Origin: an uncultured Candidatus Saccharibacteria bacterium
Lineage (GTDB): Bacteria > Patescibacteriota > Minisyncoccia > Spechtbacterales > HO2-43-30
Direction of reading: 5' to 3'
DNA length: 64,000 nt
Assembly (NCBI GenBank): GCA_964504205.1
Contig: CAZDDE010000001.1
Span: forward strand, 58,473 to 122,472
This document shows positions 9,450 to 17,627 of this stretch, in pieces. The stretch's first letter is position 1. Each line of letters starts with the position of its first letter. The notes below the pieces were generated by a model. The model did no database searches. It saw nothing but the letters and a program-made list of their open reading frames with translations, and was not told where the DNA came from. A program made the translations under genes and the position numbers.

Positions 9450-10150
9450 TTGAACCCGAGATTATCCTTGCAAAACTTTTGCGAAGCGCAAATGTCCCGC
9501 ACGCGCTTTTGTTTACCGGCTTGGATGAAGGGCGCAAAACCAATGCCGCCTTTAATTTTATCAAAGGTTTGCTTACGGAGCGTGCCATGCCATTTGATTT
9601 TTTGCACGTCACAGATTCACCAGTACCAATAGAAAGAATCCGTGATCTAAAGTCAGCTTTTGCGAAGAGTCCATTGGCGGGCGCGCACAAAGCCGCACTT
9701 ATTGCCGATGCGGGCAGTTTCCGCGCGGATGCCGCAAATTCCTTTTTGAAGCTCCTTGAAGAACCCGCCGGCCAAGCGCTTTTTATTCTTATGGCCCATG
9801 CGCGTTCCAGCGTTTTACCGACAATTGTTTCCCGGACGCTCGAAGTTAGGTTTCCAGTGACGGGTAGAATCGGTCAAAAAACGGCCGGGGATGACGAGAC
9901 GTTTAACATCTTTATCGGCGATAACCTGACGGATAAATTGCGCGCAGCGCAAAAATACAGTTTGAAAAATAAATCCGAATTGTTAAGCATTTTAGATGTT
10001 TGGCTTATGAAACTGCGGAGTAAACTTTGTTTAGGCGAAGACATTAATGTTTGTTTTATAAAAAAGATATTGCAGCTGAAAAAAATTATTGTAAGTACCA
10101 ATGCTAATCCACAGCTACAGCTCGAAGAATTATTTGTAAGTTCGCTTTAA
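9446..10150 (+). CDS. holB: DNA polymerase III delta-prime-like clamp-loader subunit
   Basis: PHALLFTG, AANSFLKLLEEP, LPTIVSR; degenerate P-loop. Confidence 0.8.
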   Translation: MIEPEIILAKLLRSANVPHALLFTGLDEGRKTNAAFNFIKGLLTERAMPFDFLHVTDSPVPIERIRDLKSAFAKSPLAGAHKAALIADAGSFRADAANSFLKLLEEPAGQALFILMAHARSSVLPTIVSRTLEVRFPVTGRIGQKTAGDDETFNIFIGDNLTDKLRAAQKYSLKNKSELLSILDVWLMKLRSKLCLGEDINVCFIKKILQLKKIIVSTNANPQLQLEELFVSSL

Positions 10151-10152
10151 CT

Positions 10153-11250
10153 ATGCGCGATGCCGCTGTCATAACCATTACTCTTATCCTTGTTTTTTTG
10201 CTGTTAGGCTACACCTATAATTTAGTTTCGCCGTATTTGATAAAACTTGGTGTGATAGAAAAATCCGATAAGCGAGCTGTTCTTGCGCCGGACGGCGGGA
10301 TATTCCGCTCGGAAGATTTTGGCCGCACTTGGGCGCAAGCCAATAAGACAACCGACGGCGGAGAGCTTGAAAAAAGTGATGTTTTTGAGATAAAATTTTC
10401 ACCGAAGGACGCGCGCATGATTTATGCGGCAACGGCAAAGGGGCTGTTTGTAAGTCAGGACAGTGCAAATACCTGGCGCAATATTTTGGACGCAAAGATA
10501 GTTTTTTCAGACGAGGCGATTGTTGCATTTGCTTTGGATCAGAAAAATCCGCAAAGAATGTATCTTGCGGCCTTCGAGGTTAACAAACGAAGCCGTATAC
10601 TCAAGACAAAAGGAGTTGGATTTTATGAGGTTTATTCCACTGCCGCGGCTGAAAATAAAATTACCGGGCTTTGGGTTGATTCGTTTGATCCGAGTGTAAT
10701 TTATGCCGGCACGACTCAAGGTTTACTTCTTGTAAGCCGCGATTTTGGCGAATCTTGGGGAATAGTGCATGAATTTACAGGTCCGGTAGGTGAGCTTGAA
10801 ATGTTGCCTTCCGATACGCGCGTTATCCTTGTTGCCGCGGGAGGATCAATTTTTAAATCGCCGAATCAAGGGAATACTTTTAAGCAAATCTGGCAGGAGG
10901 GGGGTATCGGCGCAACTTCAACCTTGATAAACGACCTCTCTATTGATCCCCATGATGAGACTGTGATTTATGCGGCTACATCGCGCGGGCTGTTTAGATC
11001 CAGCGATAGCGGCCTTTCATTTACACAGCTCAAATTCCCAATCGCCGCTGAAGCGGCGAATGTAGCTACCGTTTATGCGGCGCGCGAAAAAAAGAATCTG
11101 CTTTTGCTTGGCATTAATTCCGATATTTACAAAAGCGAGGATGCTGGCGTAAGTTGGCAAATTCAGCAGCTCAACAGTTCGCGTAAAGTTAGCGTAGTTA
11201 AAATAAAACCAGGCGATCTGCAGACAATTTTTGCAGGCGTAAAGCAATAA
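10153..11250 (+). CDS. exported BNR/Asp-box repeat beta-propeller protein (YCF48/sortilin-like)
   Basis: N-terminal TM helix; repeated S-x-D-x-G-x-[TS]-W motifs (SEDFGRTW, SRDFGESW, SEDAGVSW). Confidence 0.8.
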   Translation: MRDAAVITITLILVFLLLGYTYNLVSPYLIKLGVIEKSDKRAVLAPDGGIFRSEDFGRTWAQANKTTDGGELEKSDVFEIKFSPKDARMIYAATAKGLFVSQDSANTWRNILDAKIVFSDEAIVAFALDQKNPQRMYLAAFEVNKRSRILKTKGVGFYEVYSTAAAENKITGLWVDSFDPSVIYAGTTQGLLLVSRDFGESWGIVHEFTGPVGELEMLPSDTRVILVAAGGSIFKSPNQGNTFKQIWQEGGIGATSTLINDLSIDPHDETVIYAATSRGLFRSSDSGLSFTQLKFPIAAEAANVATVYAAREKKNLLLLGINSDIYKSEDAGVSWQIQQLNSSRKVSVVKIKPGDLQTIFAGVKQ

Positions 11251-11265
11251 TAATACCATACCGCT

Positions 11266-11802
11266 ATGATTCGCGATGAACTTGTAAAAATTCACGACTA
11301 CCTTAAATCAGAGTTTCTCAAAACGCGCGTCGGGCGCGCCTCCATCGATTTGGTTGAAGATATAAAAGTTGAAGTTTATGGCACAAAAATGCCGCTCAAC
11401 GAGCTCGCCACGCTTTCAGCGCCGGAGCCGCGGCTTGTTGTTGTGCAGCCATGGGATAAAAATATTTTAAAAAATATCGAAAAAGCTCTGCGGGAAAACT
11501 TAGCCGACTTCAACCCCATAATTGCTAGTGATTTAATACGCATTCCCTTCCCAGCCCCTAGCGCAGAGAGGAGAAAGGTGCTAGTAAAGGAAATTGGGAA
11601 GATTGCGGAAGAAGCAAGAATAAAAATTCGCCGCGCGCGGGAAGATGCTGTTTCCGCGATTGAAGCAGGGGAGCAGCGTGGTGAAATTTCCGAGGATGAA
11701 CTCCATCGCCAAAAAGATGCGGTGCAAAGGCAAGTTGATGAATTTAATCGTCTCGTGGAAGAAGAACGCAGAAAAAAGGAGGAAGAAATAATGAGTGTTT
11801 AA
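11266..11802 (+). CDS. frr: ribosome recycling factor
   Basis: RVGRAS, YGTKMPLNELA, VQPWDK, ERRKVLVK. Confidence 0.95.
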   Translation: MIRDELVKIHDYLKSEFLKTRVGRASIDLVEDIKVEVYGTKMPLNELATLSAPEPRLVVVQPWDKNILKNIEKALRENLADFNPIIASDLIRIPFPAPSAERRKVLVKEIGKIAEEARIKIRRAREDAVSAIEAGEQRGEISEDELHRQKDAVQRQVDEFNRLVEEERRKKEEEIMSV

Positions 11803-12881
11803 TGATTACCATTTTTTTACTTATCGCGATACTCGCGATTTTAATATTTGTTCACGAATTTGGCCATTTTATCATTGCGAAGCGCTCGGGAGCGCGCGTT
11901 GAAGAATTCGGTTTCGGATTTCCGCCGCGCGTTTTTGGCGTAAAAAAGGGAGAAACAGTTTACTCTCTCAACCTTTTGCCGATTGGTGGATTCGTGAAGA
12001 TTTTTGGCGAAGACGGCGACGAGCGAAAAGATAAACGCAGTTTTGGCTCAAAATCAATTGCAACGCGCGCTTTAATCATTGGCGCCGGAGTGATTATGAA
12101 TATGTTGCTTGCGGCAATCTTATTGTCATTTGGGCATATGATTGGGCTTCCGCAGGTTATCGACGGCGAAGGCGCTGGCGCCAATGTTAAAAATATCGCC
12201 ATTCGCGTTGCCGAAGTTGCTAAAAACTCACCAGCGGAATCTGCTGATATTAAAAATGGCGATGTAATTTATGCGATGGGTTTGGACCATCTTAGGGATG
12301 TTGCGGAGATTACGGAGATTCAGAATTTTACAAATGAACATCTTGGGGAAAAAATTAAAGTTGTTGTAAAGCGCGGCAATGCGGTTGTTACTAAAGAACT
12401 TGTTCCGAGGGTAGTTTATCCTGAAGGCGAAGGACCAATCGGCATTGCAATGGTGAAGACCGGCCAAATTTCTTATCCATTTTACATTGCGCCGTTTAAA
12501 GGCGTAGAAAGCACAGCTATTATTGCTTGGAATACCGTACAGGCATTCGTCAAAATTTTTGCGGATTTGTTTATGACCGGCAAACTTACGGAAGATCTCG
12601 CCGGACCAATCGGCATTGCGGTTATAACCGGCGAGGTTCAAAAAATGGGCTTCATCTTTCTTTTGCAGTTCGTTGCCTTAATGTCTATCAATTTAGCTAT
12701 AATCAATGTTTTGCCGATTCCAGCCCTTGATGGCGGGCGACTTTTATTCCTGGCTATTGAAAAAATTAAAGGATCACCAGTAAAGCAAAAATATGAAAAG
12801 ATGGCGCACACGATTGGTTTTGCAGTCTTAGTATTTTTGATGATCCTCGTAACTTTTCGGGATATAGGCAAGTTATTGTAG
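11802..12881 (+). CDS. rseP: RIP/site-2 intramembrane zinc metalloprotease with PDZ domain
   Basis: HEFGH, LLPIGGFV, NVLPIPALDGG. Confidence 0.93.
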   Translation: MITIFLLIAILAILIFVHEFGHFIIAKRSGARVEEFGFGFPPRVFGVKKGETVYSLNLLPIGGFVKIFGEDGDERKDKRSFGSKSIATRALIIGAGVIMNMLLAAILLSFGHMIGLPQVIDGEGAGANVKNIAIRVAEVAKNSPAESADIKNGDVIYAMGLDHLRDVAEITEIQNFTNEHLGEKIKVVVKRGNAVVTKELVPRVVYPEGEGPIGIAMVKTGQISYPFYIAPFKGVESTAIIAWNTVQAFVKIFADLFMTGKLTEDLAGPIGIAVITGEVQKMGFIFLLQFVALMSINLAIINVLPIPALDGGRLLFLAIEKIKGSPVKQKYEKMAHTIGFAVLVFLMILVTFRDIGKLL

Positions 12882-12894
12882 TCTTTAGTAAAGT

Positions 12895-13056
12895 TAGTAC
12901 TTACGCGTTTGCCGTATTTTATTCATAACTCCCCCTTGCCTCCCCCTCTTACCTTAAGAGGGGGAAACTCGGCACACGGCTTTGTGCTGCGCTCCCCTCT
13001 CTTAATGTAAGAGAGGGGACGGGGGTGAGTTATACAGTGCAAGCGCGTAAGTCCTA
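12895..13056. mobile_element. MITE-like nested inverted-repeat element
   Basis: Outer IRs TAGTACTTACGCGTTTGC and GCAAGCGCGTAAGTCCTA match at 16/18. An inner IR encloses two CCCCTCT..AGAGGGG hairpins. No ORF. Confidence 0.6.
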
Positions 13057-13161
13057 AAATTTAGGCATATCTAAAATGGTTCAATAGAGCCAAAAATAGA
13101 AATCATCTACTAAAAAATGGTTCTACAAGGCCGTTTTTTAATATGTAACTACGTTTTCTAA

Positions 13162-14028
13162 TCAATAGCTTTGCATCACCTCGTTCGGTGTTTTGAACTG
13201 TAATCCCATATGCGGTCGTTCCTCATTGTAGTATCGGAGATAATCCGGTATTTCTTTTTGCCACGATTTCAAACTCCTTGGGATACGGTTCAAACACTCG
13301 TCCTGTATGGTCCGATTGAACCTCTCAAGATGAGCGTTGTCGTTCGGTTTTCGGACTCGAGAATGGCGATGCGCGATCCCGTCAACCGCCACCATTTTCG
13401 TGAACCACTTCGAGAACTCCGGTCCGTGATCCGACTGCAGGGTCTTGACCAGAAATGGTAGTGACGCTGTCCGCACAAATTTCAGACTTCTATGGGTACT
13501 GATTCTCATTGCTGGCTCGGCCCTGGAACAAACATCCAGTATGGTATATACATACAATCTATTCTCATGCGGTCCATCGTGAATCGTGTCAATTTCCACT
13601 AATACGCCTGGTTTTTCAGCTAAAGGCCGTTCCGGATACTGATGCCACTTCTTCCAGCGGGAGTACCGGCTGCAGCCAAATCTCTTCAATACCCGCTTCA
13701 CCGAACTCAAGCTTGCCTGGTAGCCGTCATTCGTTAATCGATGGTGGAGAATCTCCGCGCACTGATGTCTTTCCGACCGGTATTCAAGAATCTTCCTTAC
13801 GATTTCTTGAGAAAGTTCCCGCGGATGATGATGGGGACGACAAGAGCGAGTGGGGATTACCAGTAAGTTAGAATTCCGCGCCTGTTCGACCCAGCGGACA
13901 ATGGAACTTTGATGGTATCCGGTGTGCCTGGAGACTCGTCTCGTGCTCCAGCCGTCACGAATTACCAACTGAGCGGCTTTCATCCGAAGCCGAGGAATAT
14001 ATTGATTTGTAGTGTATGGCATACCCAT
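13162..14028 (-). CDS. integrase-core (rve) DDE transposase, IS481-like
   Basis: N-terminal HTH; DDE residues in VEIDT, QSDHGPEF and NAHLERFNRT; YYNEERPH..L..KTP. Confidence 0.9.
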   Translation of the reverse strand: MGMPYTTNQYIPRLRMKAAQLVIRDGWSTRRVSRHTGYHQSSIVRWVEQARNSNLLVIPTRSCRPHHHPRELSQEIVRKILEYRSERHQCAEILHHRLTNDGYQASLSSVKRVLKRFGCSRYSRWKKWHQYPERPLAEKPGVLVEIDTIHDGPHENRLYVYTILDVCSRAEPAMRISTHRSLKFVRTASLPFLVKTLQSDHGPEFSKWFTKMVAVDGIAHRHSRVRKPNDNAHLERFNRTIQDECLNRIPRSLKSWQKEIPDYLRYYNEERPHMGLQFKTPNEVMQSY

Positions 14029-14061
14029 AGCTTAGAGCCATAGGTGATGCAAAGCTATTGA
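13162..14061 (-). mobile_element. IS481/IS3-superfamily insertion sequence (900 bp)
   Basis: Perfect 20-bp terminal IRs TCAATAGCTTTGCATCACCT (13162-13181) and AGGTGATGCAAAGCTATTGA (14042-14061) enclose the transposase. Confidence 0.85.
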
Positions 14062-14075
14062 ACCATAACGAACTA

Positions 14076-14104
14076 TTGACAAATATATTATTATATGCTA
14101 TAAT
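14076..14104 (+). promoter_or_regulatory. consensus sigma70 promoter with extended -10
   Basis: TTGACA-17 nt-TATAAT with TGn before the -10; no credible + strand CDS follows for over 2 kb. Confidence 0.8.
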
Positions 14105-14109
14105 GGGAC

Positions 14110-14880
14110 TGTAAAATAAAGATACAAAAGTTCCTTGAAACAGAACAAGAGAAGAGAGACCCAACCCGAGGGCATCGGGATATAACCATAAGCAGGTTAA
14201 AGTATATGTTAAATAAGACGGTTGAGAAATCTCTTCTCTAGATGAAGTATCTAAGAAAAGATTTCCCAGCCGTTTTTCATTGCCCTTCCGAAGCTCCCGA
14301 GAGCGAAGGAGGGAGGAGAGAGTAATAAGATGGGTGGACACTAAACAACATATAATTGGTCTTAACCCACATCTTACAAAATTCATCCCGCACTTATTAT
14401 GAACAAGCTACGCTTAGAAACGCAGTCAGTTCATAATAAGTGCGGGACTCATCCTCCATCCTTGGCCCTCGAAGCTTTATGCGAAGTGGGCCTTCTCTCT
14501 AGATACGAGAGAAGATGTGAATTTAAGAGCTTGGGTAGTTCTTTCAAACGAAATAGTCATAGGTGGGGGACAAAGTGTCCTTGATGCAGAATTGAGGATA
14601 TCTCGTCCTTCACCTTCTCCGACTGCTCTGGATAAATTTCAAATCGTCCAGTGAAAGTGGAGGTCCCCTCAAGGTAAGGGAAAGGAGATAGACGTCGGCT
14701 TAGCCGACGTAATCCTCAGCATGGCATGGGTCTCGACCTGGCCATGTCTAAAGGGGCAGGATAACCTGCTCCGCGTGTCCTAACGAAAAGTTAGGGGAGC
14801 GCGTATTGCAAGATACGTAGCTCCCCGCTTCCACCGAATTTCTCACTTGCAAAAGTGGGAGATTCAGAGGAGGAGAGTTC
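14110..14880 (+). ncRNA. candidate large structured non-coding RNA of unknown family
   Basis: More than 10 stem-loops downstream of the promoter; their G-U wobbles favour the + strand. A 274-nt multibranch domain is closed by GGTGGGGG (14562) and CTTCCACC (14835). Confidence 0.5.
14386..14447. repeat. perfect 19-bp inverted repeat (REP/MITE-like)
   Basis: TCCCGCACTTATTATGAAC (14386-14404) pairs with GTTCATAATAAGTGCGGGA (14429-14447). Confidence 0.75.
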
Positions 14881-14889
14881 TCTGAGAGA

Positions 14890-15147
14890 TTATCGATAGA
14901 TGTCTTTGCGATGGTCTATATCAAAAAAGACAGCGTGGTTTGTATCTTTGAAGTAAAAGAAAACCCGATATCGTCGGGTAATACGGAAAGAAAGCGCGTA
15001 ACCAAGACTTTGCACCTTCTTGATATGCAGACGGGAGTCTCGCCAGTTCAAAAAGAAGCGTTGTTGTTGTAGAGTGTAAATTTTCTGAATTTCTTTCGGG
15101 AGTTTGCGCGACGCTTTTTCAAAGTCGGCGGTCTTGATTATTTCCAT
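14890..15147 (-). CDS. RelE/ParE-superfamily toxin (putative mRNA interferase)
   Basis: 85 aa and basic; F.KASRKLP, LHIKKV, SFRITRRYRVFF, DIDHRKDIYR (typical RelE C-terminus). Confidence 0.8.
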   Translation of the reverse strand: MEIIKTADFEKASRKLPKEIQKIYTLQQQRFFLNWRDSRLHIKKVQSLGYALSFRITRRYRVFFYFKDTNHAVFFDIDHRKDIYR

Positions 15148-15353
15148 GAGAAAGGAGCAGGAGGATGCTTCCGTGTTGCGTTTTCATAGGAACGTTTGAG
15201 ACGAGTGGGATGGGCATAGTTTTTTAAACGATCCTGCGGGAGAAAAAGCATCATATCATTGCGAAGATAGCGCAATTCCTGCAGAATCGCTTGTAGTATC
15301 TCTGAATTTTCAGTAGTCTTTTTAGGAAAATTTGCTGTATTAGTTAAAGCCAT
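15138..15353 (-). CDS. putative antitoxin
   Basis: 71-aa ORF directly upstream of and overlapping the toxin, with its own promoter TTGACT-16-TACAAT. Confidence 0.6.
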   Translation of the reverse strand: MALTNTANFPKKTTENSEILQAILQELRYLRNDMMLFLPQDRLKNYAHPTRLKRSYENATRKHPPAPFSWK

Positions 15354-15579
15354 ATACCTATTGTATCTTTCTAAATAAAAAAGTCAAATTTCTCCATCAA
15401 AGCGCGTCTTTCGGTAAACTCAAGATGCTTTTCGGTGGGGAAGTAAGCCCAAAATGATGAGGTTTTTCAAACAAATATTCCTCATGAGGCTGCCGAGTTA
15501 TGGGACATAAATCTCTCTTCTCACTCATCGCTTATGCGATGAGCTGTCCCGTGGCTCGCAGCCTCATGGTGAGTATTTA

Positions 15580-15612
15580 AAAATCCCCTGTCATCATATG
15601 ACAGGGGATTTT
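15580..15612. terminator. bidirectional intrinsic terminator
   Basis: AAAATCCCCTGTCAT-CAT-ATGACAGGGGATTTT. Confidence 0.8.
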
Positions 15613-15616
15613 GCTT

Positions 15617-16267
15617 TTAGACAGATTTTAATTCAGAGCGACTCTCGCGGATTGTCTTTGCCCCGAGGTACAAAGCGGCGAGGGCTATTGGGATAGCGGC
15701 GATACCATCGGCGCGATAAAATCCAGTCGTTAAAATAATCAAGCCGCCGATAAGCACGCCAATTGAGGAGAACATATCAATAAAATTATCGCGCAGGGCA
15801 ATTTTCATGAGAAACGTTTTGCGAGCTCGCGTACCTTTGTAAGTTACCGAGAGCATTAAAATTGCCTGGATGATTTCGCTTGTAAGCGCAATAGATGCAA
15901 CAACGATCATGTACGCGCTTAAAATTTCGCCAGGCGATATGATCCTGATGATCCCCGACGCGCCTATATATAGGGCAGTGCCGATGATGACCCATCCCAT
16001 ATACAATCCGGCGCGTGCCTGTTTGCGTCTGTGTCCGGCCGCATTGCCCCAAAGAGCTATTGAAAAAATGGCGGCATGAAAAAGACTATGCAAGGCATCG
16101 CCAAGCACGGCGGCGCTTCCTCCAGAAAGCCGCCAGAAAATAAGGCCAAGTATAAAAGTAGTTAGAGTAAAGGCGATTCCTAGCTTAAGCAGCCAAGGCG
16201 GCGCTTTAGCGTGCGAGTGACGGCCATGCATATGGTCGTTCTCGCCGTGCGATGCGTGACTATGCAT
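15617..16267 (-). CDS. cation diffusion facilitator (CzcD/ZitB-like) lacking the C-terminal domain
   Basis: His-rich N-terminus, SAAVLGDALHS, D.FSSIGVL, ADGIAA; six hydrophobic segments; SD GGAGG. Confidence 0.8.
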   Translation of the reverse strand: MHSHASHGENDHMHGRHSHAKAPPWLLKLGIAFTLTTFILGLIFWRLSGGSAAVLGDALHSLFHAAIFSIALWGNAAGHRRKQARAGLYMGWVIIGTALYIGASGIIRIISPGEILSAYMIVVASIALTSEIIQAILMLSVTYKGTRARKTFLMKIALRDNFIDMFSSIGVLIGGLIILTTGFYRADGIAAIPIALAALYLGAKTIRESRSELKSV

Positions 16268-16361
16268 AACCGTCCTCCCATTTTTAATGTACCGATGCCA
16301 ACATTAGCATATTTGCGTCGGCAAAGCAACCTGCTATAATATTTAGAAGCACATTTTATTT

Positions 16362-17627
16362 ATGAAATTTACGGAATTATTTACTAAAACTTTGAAAGAA
16401 GCGCCGGCAGACGAACCGGCGAAAAATGCGCAGCTTTTAACGCGCGGAGGTTTTGTTTACAAAAATTCGGCGGGAGTTTACTCGTACTTGCCGCTCGGCT
16501 GGCTGGTTATAAACAAGATCAATAAAATTGTGCGCGAAGAGATGAATGCCATTGGCGGAGTAGAGATGTTCATGCCCGCGCTTGTGGATAGAAAGTATCT
16601 GGAGACAACGGATCGGTTTAAGCTGGATGTCGGATTTGATGCCCTCGGGAAAAAAGATAAAAAAGCGCCGTATGCCTTGGGTTGGACGCACGAAGAAGTG
16701 CTGACCGATATTGTTTCAAAGTATATTTATTCATACAAAGATTTGCCTATCGCTGTTTATCAGATTCAGACAAAGTTTCGCAACGAAGCGCGCGCGAAAA
16801 GCGGCCTTTTGCGCGGCCGCGAATTTCTCATGAAGGATCTCTATAGTTTTCATGCGGACGAAAAAGATCTTTTTGCATACTACGAAAAAGTAAAGCAGGC
16901 CTATTTTAATGTTGCGAGACGATGCGGCTTAAACACTTACTACACTGTTGCCGGCGGGGGAGATTTCACTATGTCCAACACTCACGAATTTCAGGTTTTA
17001 TCTGATGTTGGCGAAGATGAAATATATTATTGCAGTGATTGCGGTTACTCTGAAAATAAAGAGATATCAAAGTTAAAGCAAGGCGAAAAATGCCCTGCCC
17101 AAGAATGCGCCGGACTGATTAAGCACGACAACGCGATAGAAGTGGGCAATATTTTTCCGCTTGGAACTAAATATTCCCAAGCATTTAATCTCAAATATAG
17201 CGATGAGACTGGCAATAAAAAATTCGTAGTTATGGGTTCATACGGCATTGGCATCAGCCGATTGATAGGCACGGTCGTTGAAATTTCGAGCGACACAAAA
17301 GGGATAATTTGGCCAAAAGAAATCGCGCCATTTGACGCGCATCTTGTTTATCTTGCAACGAGCAACACACATGTGAAAGAAGAAGCAGATAAGATTTATG
17401 GTCTTTTACAGAAGGAGGGGATTGGAGTATTATACGATAATCGGGAAAACGCGACTGCCGGCGAAAAATTTACTGACGCCGATTTGCTGGGCATGCCTTG
17501 GCGCATCGTTATAAGCGATAAAACCTTAGCGCATAATTCCAGCGTGGAATTAAAGCGGCGCGATGAAAAAAATGCAGTACTATGCTCTCTAAACTCTTCG
17601 GTTATTTCTCAAAAGATATCGGCATAG
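16362..17627 (+). CDS. proS: proline--tRNA ligase (short, no editing insert)
   Basis: GVYSYLPLG, THEE, YQIQTKFRNEAR..GLLRGREFLMKDLYSF, MGSYGIGISR. Confidence 0.95.
   Translation: MKFTELFTKTLKEAPADEPAKNAQLLTRGGFVYKNSAGVYSYLPLGWLVINKINKIVREEMNAIGGVEMFMPALVDRKYLETTDRFKLDVGFDALGKKDKKAPYALGWTHEEVLTDIVSKYIYSYKDLPIAVYQIQTKFRNEARAKSGLLRGREFLMKDLYSFHADEKDLFAYYEKVKQAYFNVARRCGLNTYYTVAGGGDFTMSNTHEFQVLSDVGEDEIYYCSDCGYSENKEISKLKQGEKCPAQECAGLIKHDNAIEVGNIFPLGTKYSQAFNLKYSDETGNKKFVVMGSYGIGISRLIGTVVEISSDTKGIIWPKEIAPFDAHLVYLATSNTHVKEEADKIYGLLQKEGIGVLYDNRENATAGEKFTDADLLGMPWRIVISDKTLAHNSSVELKRRDEKNAVLCSLNSSVISQKISA

Noticed and set aside
13955-14584. ORFs 13955..14386(-) and 14399..14584(+) as proteins
   Set aside because: They cross an IS end and palindromic repeats, have no recognisable motif or initiation signal, and are better explained as non-coding sequence.
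14562-14836. tmRNA, suggested by the 3' end CCCCGCTTCCACC
   Set aside because: No TTCRA T-loop, no matching GGGG..TTCGAC 5' end and no tag ORF ending in an AA-type motif. Kept only as an unknown ncRNA candidate.
14562-14836. RNase P RNA or group II intron domain V
   Set aside because: GAGGAAAGTCC and the matching P4 3' strand are absent. The terminal hairpin lacks correct DV bulge geometry, and there is no GTGCG 5' end or RT gene.
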